A DNA stretch of 64,000 bases, from sequence record NC_041972.1; one strand, given 5' to 3'. This document shows, piece by piece, positions 50,741-60,780 of this stretch; positions within the stretch are counted from its first letter, which is position 1; the number at the start of each line of letters is the position of its first letter. The notes under the pieces were generated by a model. It had not been told where the DNA came from and did not search any database. It saw nothing but the letters and a program-made list of their open reading frames with translations. Made by a program: the position numbers and the translations under genes.

Positions 50741-51998
50741 GACACCCGCATCGAAGGTTCCAAACCCTGTGCAGAACCCGGTGATCAAATCACCGGAGGT
50801 TAGAAACGAAGTGGTCGATTCCACTTATAACCCCCGTAAGTCGTTAATGACCTTTGTCGGAGGGTCGTCTTGGGTCATCACCTATTACAGTCAGGTCTTG
50901 GGTGAGGGCAGTGAACCCATGGCCTTGCAGCATGACGAGCAAGGGACCACACAGCAGTACCTGCGTATTCGTCGCAATGTCATGAAAGTCTCCACCCCAC
51001 TGAACCATAACCCCGAGAAAGACCAGGGGCAGATGGAAATCACCGGGGCTGGTTATCTGATGCCAGGGATTGTGCCGAACCAAGGCGACATGTTTGTGGC
51101 TGATGTGGGTGATGGTCGTGCTGGACTCTTTACCATCAACGATATCGAGATCATGTCCATCTATAACGACACCGCGTATCAGGTGACGTATGAGATGACG
51201 GACTTCTGGGATACGGCTATCCAGAAGCTGCTCGATGACAAGACGGTGCAAGACACAGTCTATGACATGGACTTTGCCCGTACGGGTAAGAACCCGATCA
51301 TCGCCTCGGAAGACTTCTTTAACCGTGAGCGCATGATGGGGCTGGAGGCCTCGTTAATCCATCACTTCTTCATGACGTTTTACGATAACGAGTTCAACAC
51401 CTTCTTACTCCCGGGGCAGTTGCGCACTACTTACGACCCGTACCATGCCCGGTTTGTGGATAAGTTGATTGACTACGATTCACGCCCAGGTCATGCCCGG
51501 GTTAACATCTACGACGAGTCACTCAAGGGTAATGCAAAACCCACCACGATCTGGGACCTGTTAGTTGCACAAGACCCACTGATGTTTAAGTACATCACCA
51601 AACAGATGCAAGTCTTGCCCGCAACGTACTTTCGCAGCGCCACCGCACTGTACGGGGCAATTGCGTATGCAGGTATCTACGGGGTGGTCTATCCGGTCAG
51701 TACCGATATCTTCATTAATACCGATATCGCCATTCCAGTTACTCCCATCAACCCCTTGCTGTTCAGTGGGATTGGGATCAACAAGACCTACGTGCTGAGT
51801 GAGGCCTTCTATCTGCAGCAGCCGCATCTGATGAGCGAACTGGAGCGGCAGGTGTATAACCTTATTACCGGCTTACCCATCAACGTGGAGAAGCTGATCG
51901 ATTTGGTGGATGCCTACTTCGAGGCAGCGCCATTGGTACAATACTACGCATTTCCCCTATTAGTGTGTTTGTGCCGAACCGCACGTTATCGTTTATAG
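50727..51998 (+). CDS. Virion structural protein (phiKZ gp101-like)
   Basis: ATG 50727; PGIVPNQGDMFVADVGDGRAGLF motif; synteny. Confidence 0.65.
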   Translation: MAIAKTPASKVPNPVQNPVIKSPEVRNEVVDSTYNPRKSLMTFVGGSSWVITYYSQVLGEGSEPMALQHDEQGTTQQYLRIRRNVMKVSTPLNHNPEKDQGQMEITGAGYLMPGIVPNQGDMFVADVGDGRAGLFTINDIEIMSIYNDTAYQVTYEMTDFWDTAIQKLLDDKTVQDTVYDMDFARTGKNPIIASEDFFNRERMMGLEASLIHHFFMTFYDNEFNTFLLPGQLRTTYDPYHARFVDKLIDYDSRPGHARVNIYDESLKGNAKPTTIWDLLVAQDPLMFKYITKQMQVLPATYFRSATALYGAIAYAGIYGVVYPVSTDIFINTDIAIPVTPINPLLFSGIGINKTYVLSEAFYLQQPHLMSELERQVYNLITGLPINVEKLIDLVDAYFEAAPLVQYYAFPLLVCLCRTARYRL

Positions 51999-52005
51999 GT
52001 GTTCT

Positions 52006-52635
52006 ATGACCCAGGTGATACATAGCACGGAATTTCTAAAGAGTGAACTGGAGCGTTTACAAGTGGTGCTGTTCGAGTGCCGCTATGAATGTCGTATCCG
52101 CCAACGCGATCTCTACGATGTTGACTATCTGCAAAACGTGGGACTGCCATCATCTGGGATAGCTTGGCTCGATCAGGAGATGGACAACCAGTTAGTGGAT
52201 ATGTTCCTTACCATTAACAAGATGACCGAGTGTGTGAAGAACGGGTATAACTTCTACATCAACTACCCGGAGACCTACGCAGGGATCATCTACAAAGCGA
52301 TCACCGACTACATCCGCTATTACGGCGAGCTCTCGGACCGTTTCCCGAACTTACCGTTACCGGATCAGGATGACTTTGAAATCCTGGACCAGACCGCCAG
52401 TAAGATCTATACAGTCTATCGCTGCTACGAGAAACCGGAAGAGCTCTCGGGGATTGTCGGTCGTCTGCGTCGACGTCGTCGCTCCTTCGATCTGCAGAAC
52501 CCGGTGGCCGAAGTTGAGCTGCAGCGTGATGAAGACGGTAACGTGATTGCGAAGGAACATAACTCGATGCTGGATATGTTTGCTGACCGCATGACCGTGA
52601 AGAGGATTCCAAAGCATGAATTTGGAGAAGAGTAG
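52006..52635 (+). CDS. Conserved hypothetical protein (209 aa)
   Basis: Operon position; overlaps the next gene. Confidence 0.7.
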   Translation: MTQVIHSTEFLKSELERLQVVLFECRYECRIRQRDLYDVDYLQNVGLPSSGIAWLDQEMDNQLVDMFLTINKMTECVKNGYNFYINYPETYAGIIYKAITDYIRYYGELSDRFPNLPLPDQDDFEILDQTASKIYTVYRCYEKPEELSGIVGRLRRRRRSFDLQNPVAEVELQRDEDGNVIAKEHNSMLDMFADRMTVKRIPKHEFGEE

Positions 52636-53977
52636 TCTTTATAATGAAATCATCGCGATCGGGACCAAAGGCGGGCGCAGTGTCTACCGAATAAAGGCGG
52701 AGATCTTTTTTGATACCACCGTCTGTTCAGTATTCCGGGTACGCAGCCTCAATCGCTTTGATGACTTCATGAACCGCTATAGTGAAGAGCTGAACATTGA
52801 AGTGGCAATGTCGGAGGGGGTGTACAACCAACAGATCATCCCCAATGCCACGCGGCTTAAGATGCACCTGGTGATTAACAAGTACGAACCGGGACAAGAA
52901 CCGGTCAGTACACGCTACACACTTCGGGTGTTTCCTAAAACTGGATATGACCCGCAGTTGACACAACAACGGGCCGCGGATATCAACCAGGCTGCGATTG
53001 CTGCAACCTCCTTGCAGTTCTATCAGTTCCAGTTGTTTACCTCTGCGATTGAACAACTCAGTGCAACGCCGTGTGCCGGGATCTTTCCTACTACCTCACC
53101 GGCGGCGTTAATTCGGGTGTTACTAGGCGGGGTGTCGGAAGGGCTGGAGTTACCGTTAGAGGAAAAGCCGCTGGGGATGGAGATGTACCCGGTGGATGCG
53201 GTGACGCCAGATGGCAAAGAGATCATCAAGAACCATGTGGTGGTCAAGCCGATTCAGTTGTGTGACTTGCCGGGCTTTCTGCAGCATGAGTACGGGTTGT
53301 ACAAGACAGCGATTGGGTCGTATTACCATAAGCAGTACTGGCATATCTGGCCGCTCTATAACACCAAACGGTTTGAACTGGTACGCAAGAACCTGATCGT
53401 CGTCAACGTTCCTAAGGATAAGTTCCCCAACATGGAACACACCTATGAGATGCGTGGCTCGAGTCTGTGTGTCTTGGCGACCGGTGATACTGCAGTGCAC
53501 GACACGTCGAACCTGGCGCAATACCAGGAAGGCAATGGCGTCAGGGCAACCCGGTCCTCTGCGATGAGTGGCGATGAGGGGATGGAGGTGAAGCAGGGGC
53601 AAGTGGTGCTGCAGCGTGGTGCGACTAACTCTGAGTTCATTACCAATACCCGTCAAGGTGCAGTTAACTTTGCCCCCATGGCTGGTGAGATCACAGACAA
53701 CAGTTATCGCATTGTGTCAAAGACAGCGGTTAATAACGGATCTACTATTCAGGTGACCTGGCAGAACGCCGACCCTGAGCTGATCTTCCCCGGCATGCCG
53801 GTGAAGTACCTCTACATGAAGTCGACGGGTGTTGAACAACGCTACGGGACGCTGGTGATGGCAGAGGCGCATTATCGACTGGCACAGGACGGGTTAGCTG
53901 ATGAGGTGATGTTGTGTGATATGGCCTTAACCTTGTTCATTGATACCGCCGACGAAACCGCCAACAGTTCATTGTAA
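52616..53977 (+). CDS. Virion structural protein, possible baseplate hub
   Basis: 453 aa, beta-rich; function is inference only. Confidence 0.5.
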   Translation: MNLEKSSLYNEIIAIGTKGGRSVYRIKAEIFFDTTVCSVFRVRSLNRFDDFMNRYSEELNIEVAMSEGVYNQQIIPNATRLKMHLVINKYEPGQEPVSTRYTLRVFPKTGYDPQLTQQRAADINQAAIAATSLQFYQFQLFTSAIEQLSATPCAGIFPTTSPAALIRVLLGGVSEGLELPLEEKPLGMEMYPVDAVTPDGKEIIKNHVVVKPIQLCDLPGFLQHEYGLYKTAIGSYYHKQYWHIWPLYNTKRFELVRKNLIVVNVPKDKFPNMEHTYEMRGSSLCVLATGDTAVHDTSNLAQYQEGNGVRATRSSAMSGDEGMEVKQGQVVLQRGATNSEFITNTRQGAVNFAPMAGEITDNSYRIVSKTAVNNGSTIQVTWQNADPELIFPGMPVKYLYMKSTGVEQRYGTLVMAEAHYRLAQDGLADEVMLCDMALTLFIDTADETANSSL

Positions 53978-53981
53978 TTAG

Positions 53982-54030
53982 TGACATTCATCCCTAGTCT
54001 TATGAGCTCCTGGCTCATAGGCTAGGATGG
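53982..54030 (+). terminator. Long hairpin ending the tail operon
   Basis: catccctagtctatgagc-tcctg-gctcataggctaggatg. Confidence 0.65.
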
Positions 54031-54036
54031 ATTTAT

Positions 54037-54053
54037 TCTTAGACCTACATTAT
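54037..54053 (+). promoter_or_regulatory. Candidate phage early promoter (second copy)
   Basis: Identical to 13809-13825. Confidence 0.55.
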
Positions 54054-54086
54054 CGAGATGATCCAATAAATTATAAGGACTTCACC

Positions 54087-55565
54087 ATGAGTCGCAATTT
54101 CTCGTTGACCACCCTCATCAATCTCCTTCAAGCTGAGCTCGATTGGTACTCTACCCAGTTTCCTGAGTTTGAAGCCGATGTGCTGGACATTGTTAATAAC
54201 ACCATCAGCGGTAAGTTAACCGCCAGTGACTTTGGCTGGACTTATAATCGCCTGATCTCTAAGTTTGGTCTGGTGATGCAGGATACCGGCAACCCGCGGG
54301 CAAGGTTCTTGCGCTGCATCGTACCGAACTGCACCCACGGCATTATCCCACAGCTACAGAGTATTCGTAATTACGGTGATCAACACATCGACCGTGATCA
54401 CATCATGGCCAGTGCTGTAGAGATCTTGTTGGGAAATTCCGTCGCCCCGATTATCAGCAGTTTTTATAAAAGCATCAAGCAGGGTGGTGATAGTGCGCCA
54501 TGGGAGCGTGAAGGCTATTATGAACTGTTGTATATGCGCCTGCGCAACAACCGCCATCAATTCCCTTCAGGCTTTCAGGTACTGCAACCCCAACCGCGCT
54601 TGACGGATGAACTCTCCACTGAGATCTATCGTCGCTTTGATGAGATTGTTGGCACCCTGGAGAAGTTTAACAGCGACCCACAATACGCGTCAGAGAACTA
54701 CATCCTGCACGGCCTGCAAGATCCGTGGACTCATGCCGGGACTCGGGGCGATACCATGGCAGCGAAGTTGTGCCGTGCAATTGATGGCGAACGCCCCCAC
54801 CACTACGACGAAGATGAAGACGAGGAGCTTTCGTTTAACCTCACGCCCTATAACCCGGAAGCGGATTTAGTGAGCACGCTGAATAACGTGCATCATCTTC
54901 AGCCGATTGTGAAAGCCATCATCAGTGCGGCAGCCACCAAAGAGTCCGCTGATGGTACTTATCCGTTTCGTCAACCTCACGGTGTGCTTCAGTTGGTGCA
55001 GAAAGGTTACTTCGACGGCCTGACCCCAAAGCACCTCAATGAGATCTACAGCACCGATCTCACGATCCCTGCGATCCACAACGTATTAAGTAAGATAACT
55101 TACTATAGTCGCGATGACCACGCACAGCTTGAACTCGACCAGAACGGCAACATTCCTGATCGTCAGATCAACCCGGTGATCACTAACTTTAACCAAGCTT
55201 TAAATCGTGCATACCCAACCAATATCCCGTTACTGACCATTCCGATGCCGGTGGCCATGAACGAAGAGCTCGACTTCTCAACCCTCGCGAAGACCGAGAT
55301 CAGAAGCTATAACCGGGATGGGTATCTGTGGTTGTTGCTCGGTATCGTCTTTGACATCAGTAAGATGACCGTCACGTATCGCCGTCAACTGAACCGCATC
55401 AAAGGCGTGCCGTTACGTAAGGTGTGGGAATTGCCTCTGATCGTCACACCGCATCGCACCATCGAAGAGATCTTTGCTGATCTTGGTTATGAAATCTTAG
55501 AGGTAACTGATCCAAATGCCAAAACAGAAGCTCCAGTTCGAAAACCTGGTGGCAAGCGTAAATGA
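54087..55565 (+). CDS. Hypothetical protein (about 492 aa)
   Basis: AAGGA RBS before ATG 54087. Confidence 0.75.
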   Translation: MSRNFSLTTLINLLQAELDWYSTQFPEFEADVLDIVNNTISGKLTASDFGWTYNRLISKFGLVMQDTGNPRARFLRCIVPNCTHGIIPQLQSIRNYGDQHIDRDHIMASAVEILLGNSVAPIISSFYKSIKQGGDSAPWEREGYYELLYMRLRNNRHQFPSGFQVLQPQPRLTDELSTEIYRRFDEIVGTLEKFNSDPQYASENYILHGLQDPWTHAGTRGDTMAAKLCRAIDGERPHHYDEDEDEELSFNLTPYNPEADLVSTLNNVHHLQPIVKAIISAAATKESADGTYPFRQPHGVLQLVQKGYFDGLTPKHLNEIYSTDLTIPAIHNVLSKITYYSRDDHAQLELDQNGNIPDRQINPVITNFNQALNRAYPTNIPLLTIPMPVAMNEELDFSTLAKTEIRSYNRDGYLWLLLGIVFDISKMTVTYRRQLNRIKGVPLRKVWELPLIVTPHRTIEEIFADLGYEILEVTDPNAKTEAPVRKPGGKRK

Positions 55566-55911
55566 TTTCGCTGGTCAACTGGGTCAGGTAGCTGTGCTGA
55601 TCGAAGGCTTTGATGGGGGCGCTAAGCGCCCCTACTTAGCGTTTGCTCTCCATATGCTCCTTTCATCAGACGCGTCCGAGCGACTGGGTGCCGGTTGGTA
55701 CCTGTTACTCATTCGGGCTATGTACAACGAACTCGGTCATGAGTTCACTACCGTCGATGAGTTAGATGACTTCATCGATACCTTTTATGACTTGTTTGAT
55801 GCGCACAACATCGAACTGAACGACACCGTCGTGAACGAACTGAATATCGCTTTCGACATGTTTGAAGAGTCACTCGACCTGGGTGATGCCACCGACGAGT
55901 ACGACGACTAA
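55516..55911 (+). CDS. Acidic hypothetical protein
   Basis: GAGGT RBS; D/E-rich C-terminus. Confidence 0.7.
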   Translation: MPKQKLQFENLVASVNDFAGQLGQVAVLIEGFDGGAKRPYLAFALHMLLSSDASERLGAGWYLLLIRAMYNELGHEFTTVDELDDFIDTFYDLFDAHNIELNDTVVNELNIAFDMFEESLDLGDATDEYDD

Positions 55912-55940
55912 TTCCTATCCTTAATTAACCGAGACGTAAA

Positions 55941-56162
55941 ATGAAAAAGAACATCCTGCTGGCTGTGGTCCTGTTGTCTGCACTTCCTTCTGTAAAGGCA
56001 TCCATGGATGTCCCGCCAGACCCGTACACCATTCAGTGTTTATCGGAGACTGAATGCTTTTATGCTAATGGACGTAAAGTGACTGAGCAGGAACTTCAGA
56101 AACTGGCGCTCCTGATTCAACAAGAGGAACAAAATGAGTCAAGTCAAAACAATGACGGCTGA
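55941..56162 (+). CDS. Small secreted protein
   Basis: Signal peptide MKKNILLAVVLLSALPSVKA|S; two Cys. Confidence 0.65.
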   Translation: MKKNILLAVVLLSALPSVKASMDVPPDPYTIQCLSETECFYANGRKVTEQELQKLALLIQQEEQNESSQNNDG

Positions 56163-56916
56163 AGAGATCAGAAAGGCGATGTGGATCTATGATGCATTGT
56201 CTAACAGCCATCGTGGTCTGTATGTCAAAGCAGAAGGTCCGGATGGTTCGGGTAAGTCAACCTTTGTGAAACTGTTAACGGAATGGTTACAGACACAGTT
56301 AGGTAATAGTCGGGCGGTAATGACCCGTGAAATGGGCGGCACTGCACAAGGTCGTGTCTTTCGTGAAATGGTGCTCTTCCCTAAAGAGACCCAAGAGCTG
56401 GATCTGCAAACTGAAACGCTGCTGTGTTGGGCTGATCGGGTTGAAGGTCAGAAGCAAGTTAAAGCCTGGTTAAACGCCGGGATCGCTGTGGTTCAGGATC
56501 GCACCTACTTCTCCACCTACGCTTATCAAGGCATGCTGTACGGACAGTCACCGTTGGTAAGCAAGATTCATTCCGGCCTGGACATCATGAACGCGGATAT
56601 CGTGTTTGTGTTGGACGTTGACCCAGAAGACATTCTGGCACGCGTAGGTCGTCGTGAAGCAAAGGGTAATGAAGATCCAACGGGTAATGACCGGATGGAT
56701 GTGATGACCGACCGGCAGCTAAAAGACCTCTGCTACTTTTACCGAGGTATTGAGCACCAGATGCCCGCCTGTGCCAATATCAAACAATCTAAAGTCATCC
56801 ACCTGGATGGCCGGCAAACGCAGGAGCAACTGCTGCAGGATGCCATTGTTCACTTAACCCGTTTTCTGGATGAGAAGGAACGCGAAGCAAATGACCTCTG
56901 TCGTGCTATTTGCTAA
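56134..56916 (+). CDS. tmk: Thymidylate (dTMP) kinase
   Basis: P-loop EGPDGSGKST, TREMGGT, WADR and DRTYFSTYAYQG motifs. Confidence 0.93.
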   Translation: MSQVKTMTAEEIRKAMWIYDALSNSHRGLYVKAEGPDGSGKSTFVKLLTEWLQTQLGNSRAVMTREMGGTAQGRVFREMVLFPKETQELDLQTETLLCWADRVEGQKQVKAWLNAGIAVVQDRTYFSTYAYQGMLYGQSPLVSKIHSGLDIMNADIVFVLDVDPEDILARVGRREAKGNEDPTGNDRMDVMTDRQLKDLCYFYRGIEHQMPACANIKQSKVIHLDGRQTQEQLLQDAIVHLTRFLDEKEREANDLCRAIC

Positions 56917-57202
56917 TGTGACCGAACCGCTGTTACTGAAACTCAAAGAGGTGAATGAAGCGGTTGACCTCGAGTGGTTGATTGAACAGGGTAAGATGGT
57001 CAGTCTTATTCGTAAGAACGTCGTGCGTGCTGAACGTGACGACGGTGCGTCTGTGCATGTGATGGTGTTTCCCCGCGAGTATCTTCTGAACCTCGCTGAC
57101 CGCCATGACGATGCGCAATATCAGGCCTGGTTAATCGAAAGCAAGATCAAGCCTTTTAAAGAGCATTACGCTCACGGTAGTCTCAGTATGTACGTGTACT
57201 AA
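56891..57202 (+). CDS. Hypothetical protein
   Basis: AAGGA RBS before ATG 56891. Confidence 0.7.
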   Translation: MTSVVLFANVTEPLLLKLKEVNEAVDLEWLIEQGKMVSLIRKNVVRAERDDGASVHVMVFPREYLLNLADRHDDAQYQAWLIESKIKPFKEHYAHGSLSMYVY

Positions 57203-57205
57203 CTT

Positions 57206-57240
57206 TAAGCAGGAGTAAGGAAACTTACTCCGCTTATGCC
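57206..57240 (+). terminator. Hairpin plus TTATGCC
   Basis: taagcaggagtaag-gaaa-cttactccgcttatgcc. Confidence 0.75.
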
Positions 57241-57265
57241 AATTTAATTTAACCGGACGTGTATC

Positions 57266-57676
57266 ATGAAATTAGGCTTTTATTACGCATTAGTAAAGAA
57301 CCATGTGTCAGGTAAACGTGAGATCTTATCTATCCAACGTGAGAGTGTCGCAGAACTCTTCCCAGTGTGTTATACGCGACTCTGTAAAGAGATTGAGGAA
57401 AACCACAGTGGTAAGTACGAAACCTCAGCATTGGCCTTTGGTGCGCTTAAAATCGAGTATCATGCAGCCAGTCAGTTGGGAACGGTATGGATTGGACATA
57501 CCAAGGTCGGAATCATTACCCCGAAAGCCACGTTGATCTCGGTAGGCGTGGAGTATCCGATTGGGACTTTCTATTTATCCCCACCACCAAGTCTGCAGAT
57601 TGGTGACCCGGAATTGATTCAGTTACGGGATGTGGTGGCCAGTGTAATTGGCGATGCAACATGGGTGATGAACTAA
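57266..57676 (+). CDS. Hypothetical protein (136 aa)
   Basis: ORF coupled to the next gene by TAATG. Confidence 0.7.
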   Translation: MKLGFYYALVKNHVSGKREILSIQRESVAELFPVCYTRLCKEIEENHSGKYETSALAFGALKIEYHAASQLGTVWIGHTKVGIITPKATLISVGVEYPIGTFYLSPPPSLQIGDPELIQLRDVVASVIGDATWVMN

Positions 57677-58173
57677 TGGCGAAGATCAATGTCTCGAATG
57701 CCACGACCTATAAGTTCTTTAAAGAACGTGCAAGCCATACACTGCGTCAGTTTGCCCAAGATCTTGATCCGGGTATTCTGCCAGTCGTAAGAGAGCTTAA
57801 CGCAATAGAAGGGATCGCCCCTGTCTGGAGTTGTGAGTCACACCCTAAAGGCAAAAGTACGGCTGACCGTGACGCTTACGTTACTTGTGTGGTCACCGGC
57901 CGTGGAATGGATAAGATAGAAGAGATCTACAAAGAGTGGATGCGGTTGCTAGACCAAGATCAATTATCCTGGCATAGTGGCGACAGTGCTCAACGGCGCA
58001 GAAAACGAGTGTATGCTCACCAGGTAATGATCAAAACACGCCGCCGGACTTGGCCCGATGATTTCTCTCGCCATTATATTTCGGTGTGGCTGGGGTATAG
58101 CGGGGTCAATGCTCTCAACAAGCGCTTGGTGCTTCTGTCGTTTGAACAAGCTATCCGTAACGTAACCTTTTAA
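57676..58173 (+). CDS. Hypothetical protein with TYW3-like N-terminal motif
   Basis: LDPGILPVVRELNAIEGIAPVWSCESH. Confidence 0.6.
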   Translation: MAKINVSNATTYKFFKERASHTLRQFAQDLDPGILPVVRELNAIEGIAPVWSCESHPKGKSTADRDAYVTCVVTGRGMDKIEEIYKEWMRLLDQDQLSWHSGDSAQRRRKRVYAHQVMIKTRRRTWPDDFSRHYISVWLGYSGVNALNKRLVLLSFEQAIRNVTF

Positions 58174-58180
58174 ACTTAAT

Positions 58181-58248
58181 CGGCATAACCCCCTGAGAGA
58201 GAAGCGCAATGCTTCTCTCTCAGGGATGCCTGAATCTCTTTTTTTTTA
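58181..58248. terminator. Hairpin flanked by CGGCATAA and a T-run between convergent genes
   Basis: cggcataa-ccccctgagagagaagc-gcaat-gcttctctctcaggg-atgcc. Confidence 0.8.
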
Positions 58249-58447
58249 GTCTGGTTAAATATAGTGGATAGAGAATTAACTTGAATAACAAAAAATAAAG
58301 CAAAGTAATATCAACGCCGGTAAGGGCTACAACAGTTGTTCTAATTTTCAGGCACGTAGCCTAGGAGAAAAAAAAAGGAGGAAGCAGCTTATCCAGTTAC
58401 TTCCTCAAAAACGTTATTTCTCGTCGTCCCCATTCTGGGACATAGTA

Positions 58448-59980
58448 TTACCCAAACCACGGAGCTCCACCGCCATCAGAGTTTGTCTCTCCGGCAACGT
58501 GCTTACGGGATTTGTCCTTTCCATTCACATCATCAAGAATACCGACTCCAGGTTCGAACTTGTAAACGCAATATTTATCACGCTCAGGTGTAATCGAAAT
58601 GGTGCGATGTTTACCGCGCTGAATGCACAGATAAGACTCTTCACCAACACGGACAATATGGATAATCATTTCCACATCGACTTCTTGGTCGATCTTGGTA
58701 CAGTTATCCCAATAACCTTTATTCGCTGTTTCACGTGGAAGGTCTTCTTCGAGACCGTTACGGACCAGCATCTTCGCAGCAGGACTCAACTGATGCGGGG
58801 TAATGACACAGATACCACGAGCAGACGTAAAGTTACGGACACGACGGAAAAGATCACGGTACTCTTGTCCCGCAACACCTTTCTCGCAACCTTCTTTACT
58901 GAACATCCCCAGGTAGTCGATGGTTAATAGATGAATCTCATAGCCCATGTTCTCAAAGTGCTTGATACGCTCAAAGAGATTACGGTAACCAAACTGCGAC
59001 GGGTTAACACGACAGAAGTTGACTTCATAACCGTTAATAGACAAGGCGGCTAAGACTTCACGGGCTGCTTCCGCTTCATCTACTGTCTGATGGTTATGAT
59101 CCAGGCCATCGATGTTTGCTTTGATCTTCTTCCACCACAGAACCATGTTGTCGGTCATGTTGTTTTCAGAAGAGATGTGCATGATCATTGGTTTCTTCTT
59201 CGGATCACGCATGTACGGTTTGTTAAAGGTAGCGATCTGACGTGTCAGGTCCATGGTGAAACCGGTCTTGTTGTTGTGCTGCAATGCACCAATCAAGACG
59301 AACTCACTGCGACGGAACCCGCCCACTTCACCCAGCATGCGGTTGATACCGGTGTAACCTGTCTTTAATACCCCAAGCGTAGAAGACTCTTCTTTCGCTT
59401 GCTTAAAGATCTTACCCACTTCTTCCAGGTTACTGACTGTAATGTCAGAGATCACCGCGGGGTCAAACTGTTCAGAGACGCCGATGTTAACCGTTTCGAT
59501 CTCTTCTAAGAGCTTGACCACCGCAGAATCCATGTCGATGTCTTCACCGCCAAAGATGATAGGTGCTGCAAACCGCTTGATGATGGCCTTCGCCCGACGG
59601 TGCTGATCCCACTTACGCAGTTCACGTCCAATGGCAACCACAGACTGTTTGGCTTTGTAAGGATCATCCTCGGTGCTGCTGACACCCATTTCTAAGGCTT
59701 GGTAAGTTGCCGCGTCATGGCCGCAGTCAGTTAACAAGCGTTGAAGCAGATCAGTTTTATCCAGTGGTTGATTCTTAGGACGACTAATCATCCAGCGAAT
59801 AGTACGACGTAAAGCCAGCTGTACATTGCGGGATTCGTCATCACCTGTACCTTCAACAGGGGTCGGAATGTTATCCAGGAGCTCATCAACGAACTCACTG
59901 CTGTCATCGCTGTCAGTGCCAACAATGGACTCTTGATAAAATAACGTAATAATCTTTATGAGTAATAGAACGGTTTCCAT
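58448..59980 (-). CDS. dnaB: DnaB-like replicative helicase (phiKZ gp118-like)
   Basis: TGYTGINRMLG..GGFRRSEFVLIGALQHNNKTGF (variant Walker A), LLTIDYLGM (Walker B), ITPHQLS; GAGGGG RBS before ATG 59980. Confidence 0.88.
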   Translation of the reverse strand: METVLLLIKIITLFYQESIVGTDSDDSSEFVDELLDNIPTPVEGTGDDESRNVQLALRRTIRWMISRPKNQPLDKTDLLQRLLTDCGHDAATYQALEMGVSSTEDDPYKAKQSVVAIGRELRKWDQHRRAKAIIKRFAAPIIFGGEDIDMDSAVVKLLEEIETVNIGVSEQFDPAVISDITVSNLEEVGKIFKQAKEESSTLGVLKTGYTGINRMLGEVGGFRRSEFVLIGALQHNNKTGFTMDLTRQIATFNKPYMRDPKKKPMIMHISSENNMTDNMVLWWKKIKANIDGLDHNHQTVDEAEAAREVLAALSINGYEVNFCRVNPSQFGYRNLFERIKHFENMGYEIHLLTIDYLGMFSKEGCEKGVAGQEYRDLFRRVRNFTSARGICVITPHQLSPAAKMLVRNGLEEDLPRETANKGYWDNCTKIDQEVDVEMIIHIVRVGEESYLCIQRGKHRTISITPERDKYCVYKFEPGVGILDDVNGKDKSRKHVAGETNSDGGGAPWFG

Positions 59981-60008
59981 TATGCCCCTCGTTATAAGGT
60001 AATTAACC

Positions 60009-60638
60009 ATGTACAATGAAAAGTTGGTAATTGTGCCAGCGCCAATCCTTCGGGCTATTCACAATGCAAAAGAAAGTGAAGCAATTTTAACGTGTCCGAA
60101 AAGAATGCTTTCCATATTATCCAGACGTGATGTCATTTTCTACTACGTGGTGAATACTCTTCTTTGTGACTATTCCTATAAAGCAGACCCAGCCAACCCA
60201 GAACCACCATTGGTGTCGGCACTGCGGGATCTGTTGTCACACACTAACGGCGTAATGAATGCCTTTACCTCGCCGGCGTGGGTTGCGTTTGTTGATGAGA
60301 ACGACGCTGATATCCAAAGCGAGCGTCGACTGAAAGCGCGTAGTATCTATGAGTACCTGACTGGTGAACCGTATGCATGGAATTCAACAGAAGGTGACGA
60401 TTCTTTAAGCTATATCTATGACACCCAGGCGAAAGTCGTGGGAGGTGAAGCCGTTGCAGTGTTGATTAATGCTGTGAAGGAGAACGATAGTTACAATATC
60501 ATCAGTCATCAACGTTTATTCGAACAAACCATTCTGGCGTTCACTACACTGACAGCAGACACCAAAAGCTTTGCTTCCCTTTATAAAGGCTTTTGTGAAC
60601 TGGTTTACCAAGACTCGCTAATCCGACGTTTTGTGTAA
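60009..60638 (+). CDS. Conserved protein upstream of MCP (phiKZ gp119-like position)
   Basis: AAGGT RBS; synteny. Confidence 0.65.
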   Translation: MYNEKLVIVPAPILRAIHNAKESEAILTCPKRMLSILSRRDVIFYYVVNTLLCDYSYKADPANPEPPLVSALRDLLSHTNGVMNAFTSPAWVAFVDENDADIQSERRLKARSIYEYLTGEPYAWNSTEGDDSLSYIYDTQAKVVGGEAVAVLINAVKENDSYNIISHQRLFEQTILAFTTLTADTKSFASLYKGFCELVYQDSLIRRFV

Positions 60639-60780
60639 GAATCTATGTAATAGTATGTAAATTGCCATTTCGATGGCGGCGTACTGTTATGACCGTGTGT
60701 TAGCGCGACACAACCCCCTGTTTATGTACATAGACAGGTAATATCGAAAACTTATATAAGTTATTGAAGGAAACAACGAA

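Noticed and set aside
58231-58447. AT-rich gap with an A9 run as a possible ncRNA or origin
   Set aside because: Only a short GGCTAC/GTAGCC stem is present; no tRNA cloverleaf or iterons were recognised.
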